Source: Bilabrum cf. latius
Lineage: Eukaryota
Direction: 5' to 3'
Length of the DNA stretch: 64,000 nucleotides
Assembly: GCA_965178125.1 (NCBI GenBank)
Contig: OZ237739.1
Location: 1,302,001 to 1,366,000, forward strand
Part shown: piece by piece, positions 23,101 to 36,870 of the stretch
Layout of the letters: each line of letters starts with the position of its first letter
Position numbering within the stretch: the stretch's first letter is position 1
Made by a program: the position numbers and the translations under genes
The notes under the pieces: generated by a model
Seen by the model: the letters and a program-made list of their open reading frames with translations, nothing else
The model's database searches: none
Told to the model about the DNA's origin: nothing

Positions 23101-26100
23101 GCTCGCCGCGCAAGGAGGCGTAGCGTCACAATCGGCGCTCCCGTACTGGAGACGAGGGGTGACCTGCCCCTCGCTGTGGTGCTATGGAGGCGCAGGCATG
23201 CAGTGAGGCGCTCCGGGATCGACCGCTTGAAGCCGTCCGGGGGCGTGATCGAGCAGCGCGCCGCGGCGAGCCGCAGCGCGGGCGAGGGTCACCTGGCAGC
23301 CGCTGGTGCTGTGGTCTCCAAAGAGGGCAACCTAAGCAGCATGGAGGCGAGGGCAGCCGTGGGAAACGCCAAGGGACTGGGCAGGCGCAATGCCGGCACC
23401 GGACGGCCTGTGGAATCGTAGTACGTCCATGTCAAGGGCAAGCTCGGAGTCAATCCAGACCACGACGTGATCGGCGGCGGCGGCGAGGTGGGCGCTGGTG
23501 GAGGGCACGGTGCAGGCCACGAGGGCGGGGATGGGGGTGGGCTGACTCTAGGGGAGAAAGTGACGCGCAATAGGCGAGGCAGCCTGGCTGGGATTGACTT
23601 GTCGGGGACACAGGCCATGGAAGCCGCCGCTGCAAAGATCCTCGGCAATACGGGGCAGCTTCCGCATGGTGAGCCCGGGGTCGATGAAGCGGACTTGGGA
23701 AGGGGAGAGTCGCGCGCGTCAAGGAGGTCCATGGAGTCTAGCAGTAGCAGCAGCAGCAAGCAGGCACTCGCCGCGGCTGCAATTGCTCGGCAGCGCGAGA
23801 CGGTGATCTTCCTTGCGGCTGCGGCTCTTAGGAAAGGGCGCCGATTGGACTGGGCCCAGGGCCTCGAGAGCAGGTGTGCCCTGGAGACTCTGAACCTAAC
23901 AAAGTGCGCCCTCGTGGATGATGAAGGGCTCGAGTACGTTGCAAGGGCGTGCGGTGAGCTCAGGTCGGTGCTGCTCTCGAGGTGCGGGAGAGTGGGTCCC
24001 CGAGGGCTGGCTGCCTTGCTCACAGGCTGCCAGAAACTGGAGGAGCTGGACCTAACCGACTGCGTGCAGATCGACGACGGAGCTCTGCAGGTTGCGGTGT
24101 CCTCCAGCGCGGCGGGCGGGTCCAAGCTTCTGCTACAAGGATCAGACAGCGGTGGGGCCAGCCTCGCCGCCAAGCAGCTGCAGAAGGACAACGTGGATGA
24201 GGGCATCGAGAAAGTGGCTCGCGAGATGGCCACGCCAGCCGCACAGGCCCGCAAGGCCGCCCTCGCAATGGAAAAGTCGCGCAAGCGGGAGCAGGCACTG
24301 GTGAAGCTCGCGCTCAACGCAGGCACGGAAACGAGCGGTCGGCGAGGCTTTGCGTCGGGTGCGATCCCCGACCGCTTCGAGGCGGACGGCGGGGAGGACC
24401 AGACGTGGCTGCAGGCGGTGCGGCAGCCTGTGCCATTGAAGGTGTTGAAGCTGACTGGGTGTCACAAGGTGAGCGATGCCGGTGTGGACATCCTGGCGAG
24501 TCGGTTCGGTCGCACGCTGCAGGAGCTGTGCCTGGAGGGCCTGTACCGAGTGACGGACGAGGCACTTGCGTGCATCGCACGAGAGTGCTACGGCCTGCGC
24601 GTGCTTCGCGTCGGTGGCAGGTTGAATCTGCAGGTGGTCGCGATGAGGCGCGACGAGGCAAGGGGCGAGGGTGAGGGCAAGGAGGCGGCACTGGGTGGTG
24701 GCAGCAAGTACGTGATGGCCGTACGTGCGATGGATCCCGGTGACGACGATGGAGTCCTAGAATCCGATGGGGACGACGACGGGCCGAAGAAACAGGGTAG
24801 GAAGGTAGCTCTGCCTTCGATCGGGGTGCAGAAAGTGGCGCCGGAGCGGCGGCAACACACGTTTTTTGGCCAGCCCAAGATCACGGGGGCGGGTCTCGGC
24901 CTCCTGTTCCGGTCCCTTGCCATTCGGGCCTCGCTGGAGGTGCTAGACCTCAGCAAGTGCGTGACTCTGGATAGCAACGACATCCAGGCGATGCTGCCGG
25001 CGCCACCCGCCAACTGGAAGGACGCTCACGCTCGGCGCGCAGCCAGACAGAGACGGAAGGCGGCAGAGCGAGCAAAGCGCTGGCGCAAGCCCCGCCGCCC
25101 AGGGTCTCCGGTCCCAGGTCGGCACATCCACGGCTTTGTTTTGCCGGGTAGAATTGGTGGTGATGCGGGTCTCGACCACCCGCTGGTTGCCCCAGGGCGG
25201 GCGTACTCAGACACAGGAGAGCTTGCGATGGTCCGTCGACCGCGCCTTATTTCAGATCAGTCGGACGGGTACGTTGGCGGGATGGGAGCAGGTCCGGCCT
25301 CGCCCTCCTCGGGCACCGGTACTGGCATAGTATCCGCTCGGGATGGTCAGGACGCTGGGATGCTTGCTCTGGCAAACCAGGCACATCGACCGCCCGCCGA
25401 GCGCCAGACCCATCGTCAGGCCACCCCGACGGGGCACAGCCAGCGGCGCATGAGCACGCCTGCATTCTCCCCTGTTGGGGTGTTTGTGGCCCCTGCTCGC
25501 TCCCGAGCCATTTCGTTTGACCCAGAACAGGTGCACAGCATGAAGAGCCCAGCCCTGGACCGAGGGGGGTTCGGAAACACTTCTCCGCACGCACGTGTGA
25601 TGGCCGAGTCGGCATCACCCGCACCTCCAGGGCAGGAGGCATACGGACGTGTCCGGATGGCCCCACTCACGCTGCCGTCGTCACCATCTACCGATCCCGT
25701 CACCAAGATGCTATTCGCAGCGTTTGCTGCTCTCGAATCGTTCGATGATGCCGGACGGTTCGTTGTACCTGCGAGCGCTGGCACGGGCGGCGGCACAGGG
25801 CTGGCAGGGCTGTCGATCAAGACGCAGCTGGATCTTCTGTCGGCTGCCAAGCGCCCACGCCGAGTCAAGTGGGGCGGCGCTCTCGGTTCCACTCAAGCCC
25901 CCAGCATGCTCATGCGCAGGTCTCACTTCGGCAAGCAGGAGTCGTGGCGCGCGCGCGCGGGCAAGAAGCTGGGCGCAGGTGGGCTGTCCCTCCTCGAGCT
26001 TGAGGAACACCCGGCCAACGTGTACAAGGGGTACTTTGACATGCGGCGGGGCTCTGCCGGTGCGGTGCAGCACAAGCTCCTGCTCCCGTCAGGCATGGAG

Positions 26101-29100
26101 GAGACAGACAACGAGCAGGACGTTGGCGGGCCCCATTCTGCCTCCCGCCCAGACCCATACGAGGATCTCGACGATCTGTCCAGCGTGGCGTCGTCGATTT
26201 CCAGCCTATCAGGGGCCAGTGCAGGCAGCGAGGAGTTTGACGCAGAGCTGAGGACGGAGCCATTCGCTCTCAAGGAGCTGGTTCTGCCCGGCGTGCAGGT
26301 GGACGACGATGCCGCCATGTGGATCGCACGCTGGCTCGAATGGCAGCATCACCTCTCCCGGGAGCCAACCGACATAGCGGCAGAGCGGGAGCGCAAGACC
26401 GCCATGCTGCCTCCTTCCGCACGGCTAGCTCCGGTCGTTCCCACAGAGGCAGCTGAAAAGCGGCCAGGCCTGCAAAAGCTGTACCTGGCCAAATGCAGGC
26501 AGCTCACGGACGTCGGCGTGGCTGCACTGGCGCTAATGCTCCCGCACGCAACGCACGTGCAGCTCGACAGCTGCCCTCGGCTGACCTCGTTCGCCGTGAC
26601 TGCACTGGCCCGTCGCTGCAGCGAGCTCAAGTGGCTGAGTATCAAGGGATGCGAGCTCGTGGACGGCCGCTCCATGCTGGCCATCTCCAGGATGTGTCCA
26701 TTCATGGAGCGAGTGCAGGTGGCGAGGTGCCCTGGGATCAAGCAGGCCGCCATGCTGGAGGCAGCTGCATCCTTGCACCGTGTGTGGATGGGTCTCGAGT
26801 CCTCGCTGGAGGTGCTGCACGCCCCGGCCAGGGCGGAGCGCATCGGTTCTATCGCATCTGTGTCCACGTCCGGCTCGTCACTGGCTGGATCGCACAGAAA
26901 AGCCTCCAGAGGTTTCAAAGGGCTCGTATCCGGCGGCAAAGCTGGGGCCGATGACGACGCGAAGAGCGCCGGATCAGCCGACAGCATGGAAGCTGTGGCG
27001 GACAGCGAGACTGTGGCTGTGCCGGACGGGGACACTGGTCCTGGCGGTCAGCCAATTGCTGCAGGAGCAGGTATGCCTGGCGATGCCATTGCTACTGAAG
27101 TCGGATCAAAGGATGATGCGTTGCCGGCTGGATCTGGAGTGATCCAAAGATACGAGGCCTGGGTCGAGCGCCAGACCGTGCGAAAAGGGAAGGCAGTCAG
27201 CGGAGTGCGGCTGCTGAAGGGCGCCAAGGACATGGACAGGAGCGAAAGGAAGCGGAAGGAAGGACTACATTGGACGGGGCAAGGCATCGTTCGGTCCTCC
27301 AGTGCAGCCAGCCACGGTATAATAGGGGCAGGCAGCGCACGTGGTGGGTCCGCGAGGCCTGCCGTGCCCCTGCCGCAGATTGCAACGCAGGAGCATTCTG
27401 GCTCCTCTTCGATCAGGAGGTCCTCAGTGCTGTCAGCTGTGTCTAGGAAATCGGGTTCATCGCGGTAGAGGAAGGCCTCCATGGCGGGAAGCGTAGTGTC
27501 GGCCAATTCTGTGGAACTAGCGGGCTTCGGAGCCGGGTCGCCGGAACTTCTCATCGTCACGCCAGACAAGGGCATGCGTGGATGCCCGCCCATCGCGACT
27601 GCTTGCTTCTAGAAGCGAGCCTTGGAACAGCGGTCGGCGCTTGTGCTGCAGCGGGCACTCCGGTCCTACCACATCAGGTGCATGTGCCTTCGGGCGCAGA
27701 GAGCCGTTGAGACGGCCCGTCGTGAGCGGGTGTACCGCGCTGCCATCGGCGTGCAGATGCTGTGGAGAGCCTACGTGGCCCGCAGGGTATTCTACGCTCG
27801 TCACATGGAATGGCTGGGCCGGGTCACGAAGGAAACCAAGAACGGCGCGCGGCTGATTCAGCGGATGGAGCGGGGCAGGCAGGCGCGTGCCGTCACACGG
27901 TCGCTTCGGCTGGCTCGTAGGCTGCGTCTGCTGCACGTCTGGCGCCAATTCAAGAGGCGTTACAACCACTACGTCCTAGAAAAACCCGAGCGCGCCACTT
28001 TGGACATCCAAAGGGTGTGGCGTGGGCACGTCGGGAGGGAGCTGTACAAGCGGGAGACGGGCCGGACCCTCGGGGCTGTGAAGCGCCTGGTTCGCTGGTA
28101 CCTGCACACCCAGGCCATGGATCGCATTCACGGGCGCCCGGCGGCGCGGGTGCAGGCCCGCCAGGACCTCATTCTGCACGCGAGGCCTTATCCATGGCCC
28201 ACGCCGGAGCTCGCCAAGGCTGCTCGGAGGAGGAGGAAGCGAGTGAGCAAAGACCCTCCCGAGCCAAAGAGCTGCTTCCGTTGCAGGTTTCCGGACGCGG
28301 ATCCGTTGCGGGACGGAGAGGCCTGGGCTGCGGTGATCAGGGAAGGCGTGGGTCAGGCGCAGGCGGGTCGCATGCCCGTGGCACAGCTGGCTACAGGGCT
28401 GCAGCAGCGCATCCGGTGCCGGAGCATCGCAGCGCTCTGGGTGCAGACTCGATTCAGGGGATGGGTGTACGGCCGCAAGCCGTATTTGGCCCTGCTGCAG
28501 CTTCGTGCATCGTCCGCCTCAATGATACAGCGCAAGTGGCGACGCACACATGCCCGCGGCACCTTCGCTGAGGTGAAGCAGCGGCTGCTCAGGGCAGCCG
28601 AGCACCTCCAGGCAGCCGCCCGTGGTCGACTGGCCAGGCATCGGTTCGTGCGGCACTTTATCGTCTATCGGTACCTCGAGACGCCCCCCATGCTCTTCCT
28701 GCCGAATGCCACGTCTGTGCGGGAGGTGGCTGCGTGGGTGTACCACCGCGGCGAAGACCCGCGGGCGAAGGCCCATGTCAGGAGCCTGCTGGGTCACGGT
28801 GCAGACATCCAGGTCCCGGCAGCCCGGGCCGAGGCTGAGGAGTCTCTGCGTGCGGTGACCGTGGCTGTTCGTTTAATGCGAAAGCGTCACGTTTACCGCA
28901 GCAGCCCGCTCATCGAAGAAGTCTTGAAGATGCGGCATTCGAACGGGAGGGAAGCGCTCAAGATAGTCAGGTACTACCGCCGGCACAGGTTCCGCGCCCT
29001 TCTACACAACCGCATCTTCCAGCGGAGGCTGGGCGAGATGCGGCGTAGAAATGCAGCTTGCACGATTCAGCGGCAGTGGAGGGCACACGTGGAGCGGAGG

Positions 29101-32100
29101 ATCGTGTTCGAGCTCAGGAAGAAACTCAATGCTGCCCGCACCATCCAGAAGATCGCGCGCGGTACGATGGCCCGCGCCCTGGCCCGCAAGATCCGGGTCA
29201 GGGCCGTGCGGGAACGTGCAGCGCGGCGCGCGCAGCTCTTGGATGTTGATAGCATGCGGAAAGCCGGCCACGCCCCACGGAAGGCCGCAGCCGCTGCCTC
29301 TTCGGGTGCTGGATCCAATGACCGTGAGAGACATGAGGGGGAGCCATTCGTGGGCAGGGACAACTTTGTCAGGTGGATGATGCAGACGCAGGCTCTGGGC
29401 GCAGTGTTGGCCCTGCAGCACTGGTGGCGCCGCGTGATCGGGCCACACCTGCAGCTGTGGAGATGGTAGAGGACCAAGAACAGGGCCGCTGAGGTGATCC
29501 AGCGATTCACGCGGGCGCGAGCCTGGCGACGATGGTTCCAAGAGGTGCGCATGAGACGATGGCACGCAGCCAACCGCATCCAGCGGTCGTTCAAGAAGTT
29601 TCAGGCAAGGCAGATGTGGCAGAGGGCGCTCCGCCAACGGGCGATTCTGCGGACGCATGCCGCCGCCCGAGCCAAGGCAGTGCACAGAGTCACTCTGCTG
29701 CTCGCAGACCGCATGGCCAAAGAGGACGAAAAGGACCAAAAGGCAGCAGTACTGTTACAGCGCAAGTACCGTCGCTTGCGGTAGCTTCGCATGGCGGCCA
29801 CGTGGCGAGCACGGAAGCGGATCCTCGAGAATGCTGGCAAGTACACGGGGCAGGTACGGCTGCTGCTGGCCATTCTAGAGGCGCAGATGACGGTGATCCC
29901 GCACGTGAGCAGCTCGATCTACCTGCCCGCGTCAAGGCACTCTTTGGTCAAGAGAGTGTCCCGCAAGCTGGGGTTCAACTTGTTCGAGGCGGTGAGGAAA
30001 GAGATACTGGGGGAGGACGCTGCTGCTGCGGAGGAGGACGAGCAGGCGATGATGGTGGACGATAGGCAGAACCCAGTCGCGACTCGACCGGCAGCCAGCG
30101 GACAAGGGGCTGCTACCGCTCGAGATGGGCGGCAGACGAGCCGCCCGGACAGCAGCGCTTCCTCCCGCATGCAGCTGGCCCTGCACGCGATCAGCCAGCC
30201 CAAGGGCATCGACGCTCTGGTGGCACAAGCAGCAGGGTCCACACCTCGCCTAGTGTCCATCGCGCCCGCCACTTCCAACGACACCGGTGGCCTGGGCTCG
30301 TTCGTCCGACGGATGAAGGTTCGCCGTGGCTCCCTGTCCGCGCGCTCCTCCGGGTCCAACCGCCGCATACCCACGCGGTCGGAGGTCATGCGGGCGCTGC
30401 ACAGGGCCTCCTCGGGGACAGCCGGGACGCTGGTTCGAGTGCCACGGAGGGAGCGGCGCAGCGTGACAAGCAAGACTGCAGACGAGCGGTCGGGTGTAGG
30501 GTCGATCGGCCGTCCGCCCACCCACGATGCGCCGCTCGAGTCGCCCGGCCAGGACCCTTACTCAGGCGCTGTCGTGCCGTTCGGCGGCGCGCTCAGGCCC
30601 TCCTCCCCCAGCTCAGTGGCAAGTTCGCACGGCTCCGAGGAGACGCCTCGCGCCGGCGGCGGCGAGCCGCATGACGCAGATGATGCATCGCACGCTACGC
30701 CTCGCTCCGCGGTTGGATCGAATCGGCAGCCCCGATCCCTTGGAGTAGCTGCCTAGGGCAGAGCAAGGGGCCGCAGGGCGGTGGCTCGGTTGGGCGCGGC
30801 ATCCCCGGTAGCGCCATCGTCTCCCACGCCGATGTCAGGAGAGCAGACGTCCTTCCAGCTGCCCCGGCTCGCCCTGACGGATGGAGGCAGCGCGTCGCCG
30901 ACATCAGCCGCTCAGGCTGGCATGCGTTCCCCGCCCAACCCGCTTGGGAGTCCCCCCGTGGTGGGGTCATCCAGGGAGGCTCCCGGTTCGTCCACCCCCA
31001 CGAGCCAAGCACGCGCGGCTGGTGCGGCTCGGCGGCCGGTGCCCATGGTGCGGCCGGGCTCCGCGCCTGCGTCGCCGTCTGCTTCCAAGCTGCAGCAGCA
31101 GGCGTCTTTCTTCGCGTCTGGGACGCATCTCGCTGCGGTCGGGTCTGAAGAGGAGGACGGTGATGGCGGCTCTGCCAATGGAGGGGAATAGTACAGGGGT
31201 AGGCTAGCAGACTTGAGCGATGTGGGCGATGTTGAGGATGAAGACGCCGTCACACGCACGAGTCCCACGGGTGATGGGAATGCCAGCCCCGGAGGCCAGC
31301 TTGATGGTGCTCCCGACGACGCAGCGGCAGGCGGTGCTGGACTAGACGATTATGAGGGCTTCATCATCCACGGCACACCAACGCAGGACATCAGGGCGCT
31401 GGGCATGCTGGAGGCCGACAGCGAAGCTGGCGACGGCAAAGGGTCGGGTTTCGCAACGGGTGCTGCGGGTGCGGACGGTGAGAGCGATGCAGGCGCTGGC
31501 GTCCTCGAGAAGAGGCTCAGCAGCGGCGTGGCGGATCGTCAGCGGCGAATTTCTCAGGCGCATGCCGCCCGTCTGGCACGATACCAGTCCACCGTGTCTC
31601 TGGGCGAGCCCTCGGTGAGTTCACTGAGCCAGCAAGCGCTGGAGGACGACAAGATTCTCGAGAGCATCCTGAAGCGGGGCCTACGTCGATTGCGGGACAG
31701 CAACGACGAGCTAGCCATCGCCGGGGAGGCGGAGGCTAGGGCAGTGGAGGTGTCCGCTAGGCTGGCAGAAGAAGATAGGAGGCAATTTGGCGGCTGGGCA
31801 GAGTTCTGCGCTGCTGCCGTGTACGTGCTGCAGGAAGCCGCCAGGAGAACTCCGGGCTTCAGCGTGGGTGACATGCAGCTGGCGCTGGCGTGCGACGAGT
31901 CTGCGTGGCTGAGGTACCACGTGGCCTTCAGGAGCGAGAATCTGCTCGAGTCCTCGTGCGCGTTTGACTTTGGGCTGCTGGTGGGGAACGACGACGTCGA
32001 GCTGGCGCAGTCCATTGCGATCCAGCAGCGCGCGAGGGTGCGTGCTGCTCGCAAGGCCCGTGCTAGCGGGGAGCTGCCTCGCGTGGTGCAGGCCATGGCA

Positions 32101-32973
32101 TCCGGAGTTCGAGGGTCCAAGAAGGAGGGCGCCTCGAAGAAGGCCATGGCTCTGTCCAAGGCGAGCGGGCTCAAGTTCGGCGCGTCTGTCTCTGGGGGCG
32201 ATCGTGACGAGGACACGTTTCAGGACCCCGCGACGCAGAGGAGGTTTGCGGCTGTGCTGGCCAAGCGGCTCAAGCTGGACCGTCTCACGAAAAACTTCGA
32301 GGGTAAGGAAGAGCTCCTGAAGAGACTCAAGAGACAGGAGGACGAGATGCGGGACAGGCGCGCGTTCGGCGGGAAGAGGGACGGAGGCATGAGTGTAGTT
32401 GTGAGCTCGGCCAAGCTCCGGCTGGCGCAGGTCAAGCTGGGCCTGGATGACGACAGGAGGGTCAGGGGCAGGCCAGGGCGATTCGGGATGCGCGGGTGGG
32501 AGTGGACGCTGACCACCGCCCGGCCCGACTCGGGCGAGCTGACGGACGTTGACGTCAGGCTGCGTCAGGCCATCGCCTCACTGGAGGACGCGCGGGTGGT
32601 CGGGTTGCATCACCACGCAGCCATGCTAAGGGAGGTTAGGAGGCTGAGGAGGGAGCGGGCGCAGATGCGCGGCGTGATGGCCAATGCCCAGCTGGTGGAC
32701 GCACAGAGGGAGCAAGGAATATCTTTCTTCCGGTCTGCGGCCGACGAGGTCAGCGGGGAGCTGGCTGATGCAGAGCTTACGGTGAGGCGGCTCCGGGGTG
32801 AGGCGGGACGGCAGGAGCGGTCCGTGAGGAAGTTCCTCGGCGAGCTGGCAGAGCACGCGAGGGAAGAGGGCGGGATGGTCTCGAAGGACTGGCTGCTGGA
32901 GGCGTGCGACCAGCTCATGGCCGGGGTGGGAATCGAGGTGCGGAGGCACAGGGGGAAGAAGATCATCGTCTGA
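20125..32973 (+). CDS. Giant single-frame protein with Cys-containing (FBXL/AMN1-type) LRRs and multiple IQ motifs, ~4282 aa
   Basis: One 12849-nt frame broken only by 12 TAGs (21181, 21514, 21691, 22903, 22954, 23419, 27466, 27610, 29467, 29782, 30754, 31189), ending TGA 32971. LRR_CC examples: LESIDLSRCPRITD, LEELDLTDCVQIDD, LKLTGCHKVSD. IQ examples: IQRVWRGHVGR, IQKIARGTMAR. Confidence 0.85.
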
Positions 32974-33081
32974 CAAGCGGATGCCCGAGGTTGCGGGCAC
33001 AGCGGCCCCTGCAGCCGCGCTGCGCCACCACTTGTCATACCAGTCTCAACAACGAAAATAGTCTAAGGCATTCTTGTTCCA

Positions 33082-33846
33082 ATGCACGCCATGAAACGGT
33101 TCAGATTACGCTCTTGCCAGTAGCATGTCATGTAGGCTTGGTCGATGGCAACACAAAGGTAGCTAGCTAGATTGAGAAGACCGGTGTCAACGTCTTCAAT
33201 TGCACTCGAAGAAATACGGAATCCGTACAGGTACACTGGAGAGGGCCCCGATGCCGCCCCACCAATTGTTTAGGAATATAAGTCGCAGCGATCTGCCGTG
33301 AAAGGCTAGCGAGATGCTTTCTTGGGTGCCGCAGCATGGGGCGGCGGTATCTTGATAGTGGTTGTTCTCATGCTGGACCCGCTTGGGGCAGCAGAGAGAG
33401 ATGATGGGCGTACGCATGTACTCACAGGATTCTAGGATGCTTCAAAGCGCTTTGGAGATCGGTACTTGCTTGGAATCTCACCAGATGCTGTAGAATCTCG
33501 GCAAAGGGCACGGGATGCAAGGAGGCAGCTGCTGCGAGAGGAAACAGAGAGACAGTGAGTATGTGGCGCGCAGCTCCTTGCGCTACAAACTCTCCAAGTG
33601 TGGTTTACACCCATGTTTGTATTGATCTACCCAATGTCCGCTCGCAGATGGAATGGAGCTCCAGAATGGGTGCGCGAGATGAGCCACTACCGATTGCAGC
33701 GACCTCCCCCCCTCTCGACAGACGTGCTCAAGGCTCTCGAGGACGATGGGGAGCTCAAAGGCAGAAAGCAGATCGCAAAAGTCACGGCTACAGGCAGCAG
33801 ATCTGCTAGAAAGAGCGAGAGTGGCGACTCGAGCAGCGCAAGCTGA
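33082..33846 (+). CDS. Small putative mitochondrial single-pass membrane protein, ~223 aa; intron 33555-33647
   Basis: Exon 1 is open only with TAG read through (33121, 33133, 33160, 33271, 33307, 33433). It has an Arg-rich acid-free N-terminus and a TM-like AFLGAAAWGGGILIVVVLML. The GTGAGT..CGCAG intron joins in frame to exon 2, ending TGA. Confidence 0.65.
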
Positions 33847-33960
33847 TCGTGGCTGGCCTTGGAATCCGCGGAAGGAGCCGAGCGACAGGATCTGATACAA
33901 GAAGTTGTCTCACTTTGCTCGCAGTGCCAATCACCATTATTATGTATTGCGGCACTCCTC

Positions 33961-36783
33961 TCATTCAGCTCCGAATCCCACGATCGCCTGCCCCATATCG
34001 ACGCAAGTCGTTGCAGGGGGCTCTCCCGCATGGAGCGATGGGTCCGTGTCGGTGCGTGCCCGCCACGCCTCGGAGGCAGCTGCAGACACGGCCGGCAGCT
34101 CCACTGCCACGTCCAAGGCCAGCACCACGGGCCTGCTGTGCAGGCACTGCCTGACTGCATCTTCACCTGGTCGGTCTTCGCCCGCGCCTGCCGCACCGCC
34201 TGCTGCATCAATGTGTGCGGGGCTGCTGCTAGGTCCATAGCCCTCCCCCTTTCCCTCCCTCTCTGCACCACCAGCCCCTGCACCCTGTCTATCACACCGC
34301 GCGCTGCAAGACAGGGCTGCGAGGCCGATGGCAACGGCGGGCGGGACGCGCACAGGCACAGCGATGTACGTCTGGTGCAGCACCCGTCTGAGCATCCAAG
34401 GGCGCGCTCCCCAGCCAAACGGGCCTGCACCGGCCTTTGCATCCGCACTGCCTGCACCCTCACCTGCTTCGGCTCGTTTCTCAAGCTCGTCCAGCTCTTC
34501 CGGTTCCTCTTCATTTTCTTCCTCCTCCTCCTCCAGCACGGTGAGGTCAGGCATGTGCATCCCCGCCCGGTAGCACCTGCCCCCTAGCCCGACCGGCTCC
34601 AGCACCACAGCACATTTCTAGTTGAGGCCAACACCATCACCACCATCACCAGCTTCCTCATGCCTGGCCCCAGCAAAGGCGGCCTCCTCCGCTACCTCCC
34701 CGGCACATGCAGCGGACAAAGGCGCCCGCTCCTGCGGCGGGTTTGGCCACCATGCGGGGTGTGATGACTCATGATCCGATCCAGCCCCACCCGCCTCGGC
34801 TGCCGGTAGCGGCTTGGTGCCCTTGGCGCCCTTGGCGCCCGGCAGCGCTCCTGAGGGATCTTCTCCGGTCGCAACCAGCGAACCGTTATTCCCCAGCCGC
34901 AGGGCCACCTCAGCAGGCACCGGGTTCACGGCTCGTAGCACGACCCAGCCCAGCAGGCAGTCTGCCTCCACCTCCTTGCAGAGGGCAGGGGACACCACGG
35001 GCTCCCAGGCAGGGTCACGGGCCAGCTGCCTCTGGCAGGCCTCCTTGAACTGCTCGCCTGCCGCGAGGACAGCCGGAGACGTCAGGACCGCACGAAGCGC
35101 AGCCCTGACCCCCTGCCCTGCAGCAGGGTACACCGCGTGCAGCATCCTCCGGGCCCTGGACCTCGCGGTGCCAGAGAGCCCGGCGTGCCAGTCGGATCTC
35201 CGTGCCTGGTCGCGCACATCTTGTCGCGAGGATGGCGCGGCTGCCCGCTCTGCAGCTGCACCCTCGCTCGCGGCGGCGGTCTAGAGCGGCAGCGCGGGTA
35301 CGAATCCCGTGACTGCAATCGAGGGCAAGTACCTCGCGGCGAACTCGCTCTTGCTCGCCCACGCCAGGTAGTGAGCCTCTGTTCCCTGGGCGGGGGCAAC
35401 CGCGGCTCCTTTCCGCGATCCTGTGCGTGGAGCGACGCAGTCGGCCGGTTTCTTGTGGGGAGTCACGAGCAGCCCTGGCCGCCTCTGGTGGAGGCAACTG
35501 CGGCACCTGAGCTGCCTGAACTGAAACAGTGGCAGGGGTCGGGGGCAGCGCTGCAGCCACGGGGACGAGTCCAAAAGGCTTTCGTCGGGCCGGGGATTCT
35601 GCGTCAAATCGACGTCTTGCACGGCCCACGCACCGCCGGATAGCCTAGACCCAGCGGCGCTCGGCTGCGCCCACTCCAGCAAGGACTGCAAAGCGTCAGG
35701 AGGCACGCCCCCGCCCCCTTCGCTGTCGCCAGAACCCGCGCCAGAAGCAGCAGACGAAGAGTCGACGGGTCCTGAAATCCCTCCGTCTCTGGAGACGTCC
35801 TCACCAGCGACCACCGGCAGCGGGCGAGCAAGCGACTCCCTGGCAGCGAGCAAGTGCTCCACTCGCCTGCTCGCCCGTCGTCCAGCGAGCGAACCCGAGC
35901 CCAGGAGCGGGTCAAACGCAGATTCATCGGGAGCCATGCCCTGGTCTCCGAGCGCCGACAGGCCCCTCCCCTAGCTTGCGACCTCCCGCGCTCTCGCCTC
36001 GAGCTTCCGCTCCAGCCGCGCGATGCCTGCCGGGAGCTCTGACTTCGGCTCCGACGAGTCCTTCGACTCGGACGATGCGCCACTATCCACAGTTTTAGGC
36101 GCTGCATCCAGGAGCTTTGCCTTAGAGTTGCGGCCGCCTGTCGGCTTGCGACGCCCCGATTTGCCCGACACTCCAAAATCAGCTCGAGCCTCTGACAACG
36201 GTCTCCCAGCCGCCCCCACCCTTGGCATTGCGCCGCCAACAGAAGGATCGCATGATGCGAGCGCAGCAACTGCGAGTAGATGCTTCTGCGCAGCCGCGTG
36301 GCCGTCTATCTCCCCGCCAGAGCTTTGGCGCTCGCGCAGAATCTTTGCACTCGATGCGTCCAAGCTCGGAAGTCGGCGCGTGTAGGGGGAGTCGCCCAAC
36401 TGTTTAGATGATCGCATAGCTGCCCCGATCAGCGCGAACTTGTCACGGGCACTCAAGCCGGCCGCATATTCAGAATCCCAGCTGCAGTGGGGGCAACGCA
36501 GGCATGCCCCGCCGTCTGACGAGGGTCCAGCAGCAAGCTGGGTTTCACAGTCTGGACAAAAGAATGAAGTCTTTGATCTGCCACCAGCCTCCACTACGTC
36601 TAGCTGATCCACAAGCTCAAGTGTACGCGGGCACCATCCTGGGGTTGCATCGTCCTAAACTTCATCCGGATGCGGTGCAATGACGCGTGCGCACTACCCA
36701 CAGAACAATAATCTACTTAAAACTTCGGGTTCAATACAACCTGACACAATATGGTTCACCGTTAGCGCCCCATCAAGCGCCAT
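33961..36783 (-). CDS. DCTN4: Dynactin subunit 4 (p62), ~940 aa
   Basis: LSRLLFCG[TAG]C, FFCPDCETQL, LRCPHCSWDS, LRCRSC and FAARYLPSIAV match the p62 pattern. Five in-frame TAGs. Ends TGA 33963-33961. Confidence 0.8.
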
Positions 36784-36870
36784 ATTTGAATGCCCGCGAC
36801 GACGCAGATTTGATAAGTGGCTCCGAGTCGCAGAGAATGGTATTCGTGTTTTGCACGCAGAAATGCGGCG

